The notes beneath the pieces were generated by a model. It saw nothing but the letters and a program-made list of their open reading frames with translations. It was not told the DNA's origin and did not search any database. A DNA stretch of 13,566 bases from Nitrososphaerota archaeon (lineage in GTDB: Archaea; Thermoproteota; Nitrososphaeria; Nitrososphaerales; UBA57): assembly GCA_002713205.1 (NCBI GenBank), contig PAVW01000019.1:27375-40940 (forward strand), written 5' to 3'. Shown here in pieces: positions 1 to 6,261 of this stretch (positions within the stretch are counted from its first letter, which is position 1; each line of letters opens with the position of its first letter). The translations under genes and the position numbers were made by a program.

Positions 1-146
1 CTAGTTGGTAATATGTGTCCTAGTTTTACGACACAATCTCCTCCCGTACCGCCCATTTGCGTATATAGTCCTGCGGCTATGATTGCTATGACGACAATTC
101 CGATAATTATGTAGTTTTGTGGAATACTACTCGAATTTTGTGACAT
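1..146 (-). CDS. N-terminal fragment of a membrane-anchored or secreted protein, truncated by the window edge
   Basis: ATG at 146 on the minus strand reads MSQNSSSIPQNYIIIGIVVIAIIAAGLYTQMGGTGGDCVVKLGHILPT and stays open to position 1. The hydrophobic run IIIGIVVIAIIAAGL looks like a signal anchor. It is too short inside the window to appear in the ORF track. Confidence 0.4.
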   Translation of the reverse strand, partial: MSQNSSSIPQNYIIIGIVVIAIIAAGLYTQMGGTGGDCVVKLGHILPT

Positions 147-338
147 ATTGCATTTACATGATTATCTAATATAAGATGTATGAAATTGAATATTTGTAGT
201 TATTTATTTATAAATTTTGATTAATTATTCAGTATTAAATTAATTTTATAATTATGTATTTATTTTTCTGTCTATTAATTAATTTATTATGGATAATTTA
301 AAATTTTTATTGTAAGCCGGGATATGGTCACAGGTCAG

Positions 339-460
339 GCCGGGGTTTAAAATTTACTCGAAAGCTCAGCCTGGTTAGAGCGCCAGCCTCCATAATAAGG
401 GCGTTACTCATAATCTGGAGGTCGCGGGTTCGAATAATCTCGAAAGACCCGCCCCCGGCA
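339..460 (+). tRNA. tRNA with anticodon CAU (elongator Met, or Ile2 if C34 is modified), containing three non-canonical introns
   Basis: GC-rich island. Acceptor GCCGGGG(339-345)/CCCCGGC(453-459), discriminator A460. D arm GCTC-AGCCTGGTTA-GAGC (364-381). T arm GCGGG(424-428)/CCCGC(448-452) with TTCGAA loop. Removing 347-362, 387-405 and 435-446 gives a 75-nt cloverleaf with anticodon arm CCAGA-CTCATAA-TCTGG (CAT at 409-411) and variable loop AGGTC. G1-C72 and an anticodon stem poor in G-C argue against an initiator. Confidence 0.85.
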
Positions 461-464
461 TACA

Positions 465-471
465 TTTTTTT
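465..471 (+). terminator. Oligo-T tract immediately downstream of the tRNA 3' end
   Basis: A run of 7 T at 465-471 lies 5 nt after discriminator A460. Archaeal RNA polymerase terminates at oligo-T. The tract overlaps the stop codon of the convergent 470..967 gene. Confidence 0.4.
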
Positions 472-967
472 AATTAATAATATTAAAACCAATAGCGCCT
501 GCATAGGCGTAAAATAGATTTAATACTATTTTTCCTGCAATTGCGGCTGTTAAAGCTGGTATTTTTGGATATTTCATAATTCCTAATGGTATCCATAATA
601 TATCATCTGGTGTAAGTGGTGTTGCTGCAAAAATAAAAATTAATACAACCCCATATTTTTTAATTCTTTTTGTCCAAACAGACGTGTTCTCTTTTGATAG
701 ATCTACATTTACTTTTTTCTTACGACTGAAAATTGTTCTTGCACCACTTCCTATATAGTAATGAAGATATTGACCTACACCAGCTCCTAATCCAGCTACC
801 AATCCAACAATTAATGGATTTAACTGAGATCCGATAATTGGAATGGTTATGAATGCAGGAAAAATTGCAATAAATAAAGTACTTGAACCAATGAATCCAG
901 CTAATAAAGCTCCTATATATCCTAATTCAGCTAGGTTCTCTATAAAAATTGATGAAAGATTTACCAT
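470..967 (-). CDS. DedA/YqaA-like (VTT/SNARE-associated domain) integral membrane protein
   Basis: 165-aa ORF with ATG start and several hydrophobic helices. The segment WTKRIKKYGVVLIFIFAATPLTPDDILWIPLGIMKYP resembles the YqaA/DedA core (W..LKRYG....P..GD.L....G). Confidence 0.65.
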   Translation of the reverse strand: MVNLSSIFIENLAELGYIGALLAGFIGSSTLFIAIFPAFITIPIIGSQLNPLIVGLVAGLGAGVGQYLHYYIGSGARTIFSRKKKVNVDLSKENTSVWTKRIKKYGVVLIFIFAATPLTPDDILWIPLGIMKYPKIPALTAAIAGKIVLNLFYAYAGAIGFNIIN

Positions 968-1033
968 TTTATAATTGCTGTTTTAATATTATGCATCTTT
1001 ATTAAATAATTATAATATTAATCGAATAGGCTT

Positions 1034-2269
1034 TTATTTTTTCTTTATTATCACTTTGTTCGGTCTGTTATCTCTTAATTCTTTAACTTCTAAAATTAGA
1101 TTCTGGAATTCGACTTTATCTCCTTGTTTTGGTAAATCTTTGAGAATATTGTGCAATAATCCATTTATATTTGTAATTTCTTTTACACCTGTTAATTTTA
1201 TTTTGAAGTATTCTTCTATTTTCTCTATTTCGGTATCTCCATGTATTGAAATTGTATTATCATCGATTTTATTAATCGATTTGGATAAATCTTCACTTTC
1301 ATCAATTATTTCACCTACTATTTCCTCGAGTAAATCTTCAAGAGTGAGAAGTCCTTCAACTCCTCCAAATTCATCTACTACTATGCTCATGTGTTCTCTT
1401 TTTAATTGCAATTCACGAAGAAGATTTCCTACTATTTCTTTTTGTGATACAAATATTGGTTTTCTTGCAATTTTCATAATATTTAATTGACCTTGCCCTT
1501 CCTGATTAGCTGATAATAATTGTTTCAAATGAATTATTCCTATGATGTTATCATTCGAATTTTTTATTATTGGCGCTCTTGTATATTTGCTTTTTATCAT
1601 ATGGTTCATTGCTTTTTCCACTGACATATTAGAATCTAGTACATACATTTTATTTCTTGGAATCATAACCTCTCTGGCTGTAGTGTCTCCAGTTTTTATA
1701 ATTCTATGCATAAATTCCTTTTCATGTTTTTCAATTATTTTTTCTTGTTCTCCTATTTCTATAATGGATTTTAATTCTTCCTCAGTTACAATTGGTATGT
1801 TATTCTTTTTAGCTCGTGTTAACCAATCTGATAATTTCATTAATGGAGTTGTAATTGGATACAAAAATTTACTTAATAATTCAATTGGTTTTGCTACTTT
1901 TAATGCAATTTTTTCATTATTATTAGTAGCATAAGATTTCGGAATAATTTCTCCAAAAATTAATATAATTAATGTCATTATTCCTGTTGAAATACCTAAT
2001 CCTGCTGATCCGAAAATATCTAATGCTATTAGTGCTGCTAAAGATGCTGCGCTTATATTGACTAAATTATTCCATATTAATATAGTAATTAATAGCTTTT
2101 TTGGATCTTTTTTTAATCTATATAATGCTTGAGCGCCTTTCTTTTCTTGTTTAACTAAAGTTTTTGTTTTAAGTTCGTTTATTGATACTAATGCTGTTTC
2201 ACTTCCTGATGATATTGCGGACAGGATAACTAGTACTAATATAAGAACAATTTGAGTTACTTCTACCAA
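1034..2269 (-). CDS. CNNM/CorC/HlyC-family transporter (DUF21 membrane domain + CBS pair + CorC_HlyC C-terminal domain)
   Basis: 411 aa. The N-terminus LILVLVILSAISSGSETALVS is the typical DUF21 opening. It is followed by a CBS-pair region (REVMIPRNKMYVLD ... IIGIIHLKQLL) and a C-terminal transporter-associated domain (HMSIVVDEFGGVEGLLTLEDLLEEIVGEI). TTG is the only start codon after the upstream in-frame stop. Confidence 0.85.
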   Translation of the reverse strand: MVEVTQIVLILVLVILSAISSGSETALVSINELKTKTLVKQEKKGAQALYRLKKDPKKLLITILIWNNLVNISAASLAALIALDIFGSAGLGISTGIMTLIILIFGEIIPKSYATNNNEKIALKVAKPIELLSKFLYPITTPLMKLSDWLTRAKKNNIPIVTEEELKSIIEIGEQEKIIEKHEKEFMHRIIKTGDTTAREVMIPRNKMYVLDSNMSVEKAMNHMIKSKYTRAPIIKNSNDNIIGIIHLKQLLSANQEGQGQLNIMKIARKPIFVSQKEIVGNLLRELQLKREHMSIVVDEFGGVEGLLTLEDLLEEIVGEIIDESEDLSKSINKIDDNTISIHGDTEIEKIEEYFKIKLTGVKEITNINGLLHNILKDLPKQGDKVEFQNLILEVKELRDNRPNKVIIKKK

Positions 2270-2352
2270 TCTACTTAATATTTACTTGTTTAACATGGAT
2301 ATATTTTTTTTGAACTTTAAATTTATAATTTATTAAACCCTGTTATTTTTTA

Positions 2353-2808
2353 ATGATTTCAGATAAAATTGATAAATTGGGATTGAAATTACCTGATATT
2401 CCAGAACCTATTGGTTCATATTTGCCTTCCATTTGTATACGTGATATGATTTTCATTTCTGGTCAATTGCCTCTTATAGATGGTAAATTATTATACAAAG
2501 GAAAATTAGGTCGAGATTTATCTATTGAACAAGGTTATGAATCAGCTCGAATTTGTGCATTAAATGCATTGAGCATCGTTAAGAAAGAATTAGGAGATCT
2601 TGATAAAATTAAACAAATCATAAAAATTTCTGGTTTTGTTAATTGCACTGAAGACTTTACTAATCATCCTCAGGTTATAAATGGCGCTTCGGATCTTTTT
2701 GCTACAATTTTTGATAACGCTGGAAAACATTCTCGAATTGCTATAGGTACTAATTCACTTCCATTAGATTCTCCTGTTGAAATTGATGTTTTATTTCAAT
2801 CATTATGA
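2353..2808 (+). CDS. RidA/YjgF/UK114-family protein (YjgF_endoribonuclease-like subgroup)
   Basis: 151 aa with ATG start. The N-terminal LKLPDIPEPIGSYLP motif, then FISGQLP and a C-terminal SPVEIDV, match the RidA-family trimer fold pattern. Confidence 0.8.
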   Translation: MISDKIDKLGLKLPDIPEPIGSYLPSICIRDMIFISGQLPLIDGKLLYKGKLGRDLSIEQGYESARICALNALSIVKKELGDLDKIKQIIKISGFVNCTEDFTNHPQVINGASDLFATIFDNAGKHSRIAIGTNSLPLDSPVEIDVLFQSL

Positions 2809-2851
2809 TATAATTTAAAATAATAATATACTAATCTATTATTGTTATACA

Positions 2852-3628
2852 TTGAATTCAATTAAATTAATTCCAATTAAAGTTGAACGTCAAACTTCTC
2901 AATTTAATCTAATAGATTGTTTATTGGATTCTTTAAATAAAAATTCTCAAAAATTACTCGATTATGATATTCTTACTATTTCTAGTAAGTTTGTATCTTT
3001 GTCTGAAGGACGTTTTGTTAAACTATCTGATATTTCAGTCAGTTCTTTTGCTGATAAACTTTCTAAAAAATATAACATAAATCCTAATTTATCTGAATTA
3101 ATTTATCGTGAATCTGATGAAATTTTTTCTGGTTCTGATGGATTTGTTCTGACTTTTAAAAATGGTGTTATAGTTCCTAATGCAGGTATTGATACTTCTA
3201 ACATAATGATTGGTTATGCAATTCTTTATCCTGAAAATCCATTCCAATCAGCACAAAATATCAAGTCTGAAATACAAAAATTATTTAAAGTTAATGTTTC
3301 TGTTGTGATTACTGATAGTAGGTTAATGCCTAGTCGAATAGGAACTACTGGCGTAGCAATTGCATCTGCAGGAATAGAACCCATTCATGATGAAAGAGGA
3401 AAAACAGATCTTTTTGGAAATTCTATGCGCGTTACTCAAAAAGCAATTGCCGATGATCTAAGTTCAGCTGCCCAATTATTAATGGGTGAATGCAATGAAT
3501 CTATTCCATTTGTTATTATTCGTGATAGTAATCTCCAAATGACTAAAAATAAATATAAGGTATCTTCGTTTTCTGTTGGACCTGATGAATGTATATTCAT
3601 TAAAGGACTTTCTGAGTTGACTTTTTAG
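2852..3628 (+). CDS. cofE: Coenzyme F420-0:L-glutamate ligase (CofE-like)
   Basis: 258 aa. CofE signature stretches are present: ISSKFVSLSEGR, PNAGIDTSN, ITDSRLMPSRIGTTGVAIASAGIEP, and DERGKTDLFGN...TQKAIADDLSSAAQLLMGE..IPFVIIRD. The start is TTG at 2852, with no nearby in-frame ATG. Confidence 0.8.
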   Translation: MNSIKLIPIKVERQTSQFNLIDCLLDSLNKNSQKLLDYDILTISSKFVSLSEGRFVKLSDISVSSFADKLSKKYNINPNLSELIYRESDEIFSGSDGFVLTFKNGVIVPNAGIDTSNIMIGYAILYPENPFQSAQNIKSEIQKLFKVNVSVVITDSRLMPSRIGTTGVAIASAGIEPIHDERGKTDLFGNSMRVTQKAIADDLSSAAQLLMGECNESIPFVIIRDSNLQMTKNKYKVSSFSVGPDECIFIKGLSELTF

Positions 3629-3629
3629 T

Positions 3630-3791
3630 TTATTTCTTTATTATTTCTATTCTGAAATTTTTCTTTAAAAGTACCTTATTGCAGTTTTCACATTTTCCAC
3701 TATTTGATTTAATAACATCGTTTACATATTTTAATTCCATTCCTTGATAAATTATATGTCCACAATTTTCACAAATCACTTCAAATGTCAT
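3630..3791 (-). CDS. Small zinc-ribbon protein (53 aa), uncharacterised
   Basis: Hand-translated; it is below the ORF-track size cutoff. Sequence: MTFEVICENCGHIIYQGMELKYVNDVIKSNSGKCENCNKVLLKKNFRIEIIKK. It has two CxxC pairs 23 residues apart, ATG at 3791 and TAA at 3630-3632. It fills an otherwise empty 212-nt gap and is co-oriented with the upstream HAD gene. Confidence 0.5.
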   Translation of the reverse strand: MTFEVICENCGHIIYQGMELKYVNDVIKSNSGKCENCNKVLLKKNFRIEIIKK

Positions 3792-3840
3792 TAATGATGC
3801 TTTGTTTAATTTCTTAATAAAATTTATTACAATTATTTTA

Positions 3841-4458
3841 TTATAATCTTTTTATCATATCGGGAATGTGATTAAATGAAATAACTTGATTTTTTGCTCC
3901 AGCCTCGCTGAATTGTTTTGCTGTTGAACCTTTATCAATTAATGCAATAAATTTTGTTCCTGAGTTTAATGCAGTTTGATAATCTCTTACAGTGTCGCCA
4001 ATATACACACTTTCTTCCGGTTTTATTGATAATTTTTCACATGCAAGATATATTGGTTCCGGATTAGGTTTTTGTTTTATAGTTTGTTCAGGGGTTATTA
4101 TTACAGTAAAAAAGTCTTTTAATTCTTTTAGGACTTCTAACGCATTTTCTGACCTTTTTGATGTTACAATTCCTTTTGGAATGCTTATTTCCTTCAGTGT
4201 TTCTTTCACAAATGGAAGAAAATTAAGATTTTCATGTGTTTTTTTAACCACTTCATTATAAATTGGTCTTGCCTGTTCATTTTGCCCAAATAAATATTCT
4301 AAATTTATGTGAGATGGTTGTCCTAACAAACTTCTTAGTATGTCTATTGACGGTTCTTTCTCTCCCAGTCTTTTACTTACTTCAATATATGTCTGAAAAA
4401 TCGCTTGATTTGAATCAATAAGTGTTCCATCCAAATCAAATAACGCAGCTTTAATCAT
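3841..4458 (-). CDS. HAD-superfamily phosphatase (phosphoglycolate phosphatase/PpaX-like, subfamily IA)
   Basis: 205 aa. HAD motif I is ALFDLDGTLIDS, motif II is GIVTS, and motif IV is YIGDTVRD. Confidence 0.8.
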   Translation of the reverse strand: MIKAALFDLDGTLIDSNQAIFQTYIEVSKRLGEKEPSIDILRSLLGQPSHINLEYLFGQNEQARPIYNEVVKKTHENLNFLPFVKETLKEISIPKGIVTSKRSENALEVLKELKDFFTVIITPEQTIKQKPNPEPIYLACEKLSIKPEESVYIGDTVRDYQTALNSGTKFIALIDKGSTAKQFSEAGAKNQVISFNHIPDMIKRL

Positions 4459-4541
4459 TTCTCTTTTTATGAATTGTTTACTAATATATTTTATATTGAG
4501 AAAAATTCTAATATGTGAAACATCATATTAACATAGATTAT

Positions 4542-4865
4542 ATGGGCCAATCTGCAAGAATTAAATTAACTAGTAGTAATTTATTACATTTACAAGGAGT
4601 TTGTACAGAAATTCATAATATTACAGAACGAAGCGGTGTTAAATCTAGAGGTCCTCATCCATTGCCTACCAAGAAACTCAAAATAACTACTCGAAAAGCC
4701 CCCTCAGGTAATGGTACTGCTTCTTTCGATCATTGGCAACTTCGTATTCATCGTCGATTGATTGATTTAGATGCAGATGATCGAACTATGAAATCATTAA
4801 TGCGCTTAAAAGTTCCCGAAGATGTTTTCATCGAAGTTAATCTTTCAAGAGACATTCGTAAATAA
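4542..4865 (+). CDS. rps10: 30S ribosomal protein S10 (uS10)
   Basis: ARIKLTSS...GPHPLPTKKLKITTRKAPSGNGTASFDHWQLRIHRRLIDLDADDRTMKSLMRLKVPEDVFIEV is the conserved uS10 core. I prefer ATG at 4542 (MGQSARIKL) over the GTG at 4515 listed in the ORF track, because it matches the usual length of about 100-107 aa. Confidence 0.9.
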   Translation: MGQSARIKLTSSNLLHLQGVCTEIHNITERSGVKSRGPHPLPTKKLKITTRKAPSGNGTASFDHWQLRIHRRLIDLDADDRTMKSLMRLKVPEDVFIEVNLSRDIRK

Positions 4866-4869
4866 TATA

Positions 4870-4987
4870 CGCCGGGAGTGGGATTCGAACCCACGAGTCC
4901 CGAAGGACACAGGCTCTCAAGGCTTACGCTCATTTATATGATCCGCGCATTATTGTGTTCTTTTGAAGACCACTCTGCCATCCCGGC
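4870..4987 (-). tRNA. tRNA-Ser (anticodon UGA), class II, containing two non-canonical introns
   Basis: The reverse complement reads GCCGGGA TG GCAG AGTGGTC[intron]TAA TGC G CGG[intron]GC CTTGAGA GCCTG T-GTCC-TTCG-GGAC-TC GTGGG TTCGAAT CCCAC TCCCGGC G. Acceptor is 7/7 paired, T arm 5/5, with a long variable arm hairpin. The anticodon TGA is the complement of 4917-4919. Introns lie at about 4953-4967 (D loop, 15 nt) and 4924-4942 (anticodon stem, 19 nt). The mature length is 84 nt. Confidence 0.85.
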
Positions 4988-5033
4988 AAATAACAATCTA
5001 TATACATCTCTTAAAATTATTACTATTATTCAT

Positions 5034-5366
5034 ATGAATGGTAAAAAAAATACACTAATTGTTGTTCATGATAAAAATTTTCAAGAAATTTTATCTAATA
5101 ATAGAATTATTGTGGCTGATTTTTGGGCTGAATGGTGTAGTCCTTGCCGTGCAATGAATCTCCTTATCGAAGATCTTTCAAATATTTATGCCGAACAAGT
5201 GCTTTTTATAAAGTTAAATGTAGATGAAAATTCTATTACTCCTTCTAAATACGGTATAAGTTCTATTCCTACTTTTCTTATTATAAAAGATTCTCAAGTA
5301 ATGGAATCTATTATTGGAGCAGTTGATCAGGAAATGTTTGAAAATAAAATAAATAAGTATCTATAA
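5034..5366 (+). CDS. trx: Thioredoxin (active site WCSPC)
   Basis: 110 aa from ATG 5034 (MNGKKNTLIVVHDKNFQEIL...). The thioredoxin fold pattern is ADFWAEWCSPCR ... SIPTFLIIKD. The 162-aa ORF in the track (from 4878) runs through the antisense of tRNA-Ser and is not credible upstream of 5034. Confidence 0.85.
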   Translation: MNGKKNTLIVVHDKNFQEILSNNRIIVADFWAEWCSPCRAMNLLIEDLSNIYAEQVLFIKLNVDENSITPSKYGISSIPTFLIIKDSQVMESIIGAVDQEMFENKINKYL

Positions 5367-5373
5367 AATCAAC

Positions 5374-5381
5374 TTTTTTTT
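5374..5381 (+). terminator. Oligo-T tract after thioredoxin
   Basis: A run of 8 T begins 8 nt after the TAA at 5364-5366. Confidence 0.35.
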
Positions 5382-5391
5382 ATATTTGATT

Positions 5392-6261
5392 ATGATTGAT
5401 TTGGATTCTATTGAATTACGTCTAGGACTTGCAAATGATAAACCATTCATTGATGAAATTTGTAAAAACATTTGGAATGGCCGAGACTATCTTCCAACCG
5501 TATGGAATAATTGGCTTGATGATGACGCTGGAAGCTTTATAATTGCAGAATTAAATGGACATATTATTGGCGTATATCATTTATATAATTTTAATTCAGA
5601 CTCATGGATGGAAGCACTCCGAATCAAAGAAACTCACAGAGGTAATGGCGTTGGGGCTTATTTAGTCCAAGATGCAATTAATAAATCTAATTCATTTAAT
5701 AATCTTCGTTTAGTCACTTCAATGGAAAATATTGCATCACGAAATCTATTTAGAAAATTTGGATTTAAGGAGAAATTACATACAAATTATATGTCAATCA
5801 ATCCTGATAATATTCTAGAATCATCTAATTTTACGAATATTCAAGTAATTGATAATTCTGAAGAAATACTATCTGTTATTCGTAATTGTTCTATTGATAA
5901 AAAATTTATTCCTTTATGGTGGAGGTGGTGGTCTTTAAACGACAGTTCATTACTCCAATATTTTAAAAATGGAATAGCAGTGATTTCTGAACATTCAGGT
6001 ATAGTTGATTCTTTATTGTTTATTCAACGTACAAAAAATTATGGCCATAAAGATTATTCTCAGTTGTTTATTTTATCTGGTGGTTATGAAGAAATAAAAA
6101 ATTCACTATATTACATTAAAACTTCCTTTAAGGATTTATTATATCCGACTATTTTTTGTTTTCCTGAATTCAATTCTAATGAATCTAAAATTTTAACAAA
6201 TTTAGGTTTTAAAACAGGCACAAATCTTGTAATTCTTGAAAAATCTTTTATTCCCATTTAA
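5392..6261 (+). CDS. GNAT-family N-acetyltransferase with an uncharacterised C-terminal half
   Basis: The N-terminal ~135 aa carry the acetyl-CoA-binding GNAT core (LRIKETHRGNGVGAYLVQDAI ... NIASRNLFRKFGF). The C-terminal ~150 aa have no motif I recognise. ATG at 5392 is preferred; an in-frame TTG at 5386 is also possible. Confidence 0.75.
   Translation: MIDLDSIELRLGLANDKPFIDEICKNIWNGRDYLPTVWNNWLDDDAGSFIIAELNGHIIGVYHLYNFNSDSWMEALRIKETHRGNGVGAYLVQDAINKSNSFNNLRLVTSMENIASRNLFRKFGFKEKLHTNYMSINPDNILESSNFTNIQVIDNSEEILSVIRNCSIDKKFIPLWWRWWSLNDSSLLQYFKNGIAVISEHSGIVDSLLFIQRTKNYGHKDYSQLFILSGGYEEIKNSLYYIKTSFKDLLYPTIFCFPEFNSNESKILTNLGFKTGTNLVILEKSFIPI

Noticed and set aside
147-316. A 170-nt, extremely AT-rich spacer with many short AT repeats (TTATTTATTTATAAATTTT, ATTAATTAATTTATTA). 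I checked it for CRISPR-like or tandem repeats, small ORFs and C/D-box motifs.
   Set aside because: It contains only low-complexity AT repeats with no regular period, no C box (UGAUGA) or D box (CUGA), and no credible ORF. It is best explained as a divergent promoter region between the truncated left gene and the tRNA.
317-338. A second copy of GCCGGG (317-322) lies 22 nt upstream of the tRNA(CAU) acceptor strand. I considered a fourth intron in the acceptor stem, a tRNA-fragment remnant (GCCGGGAT also begins tRNA-Ser), or an att-like duplication.
   Set aside because: No bulge-helix-bulge can be drawn for any exon/intron register; the candidate central helices GCCG/GCCG and TAAG/CAGG do not pair. 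The repeat is only 6-8 nt and no integrase or foreign genes flank it. It is most likely leader sequence or chance.
1056-1934. Plus-strand ORFs 1056..1490 (144 aa) and 1542..1934 (130 aa).
   Set aside because: They are entirely antisense to the well-supported CorC/CBS gene. Their F/S/I/L-rich, low-complexity translations are typical of the reverse frame of an AT-rich gene.
3792-3840. AATGATGC in the spacer between the zinc-ribbon ORF and the HAD gene, considered as a possible C box of a C/D-box sRNA.
   Set aside because: It is not a canonical RUGAUGA, no CUGA D box lies at the right distance on either strand, and there is no terminal stem.
3992-4261. Plus-strand ORF of 89 aa.
   Set aside because: It is antisense and internal to the HAD phosphatase gene, with no motifs.
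4748-4933. Minus-strand ORF of 61 aa.
   Set aside because: It overlaps the 3' end of rps10 in antisense and runs through the tRNA-Ser gene body. It is an artefact of the GC-rich tRNA sequence.
4878-5033. The N-terminal 52 codons of the 162-aa ORF 4878..5366.
   Set aside because: This part is the antisense strand of tRNA-Ser plus the promoter spacer. Thioredoxin homology begins only after the internal ATG at 5034.
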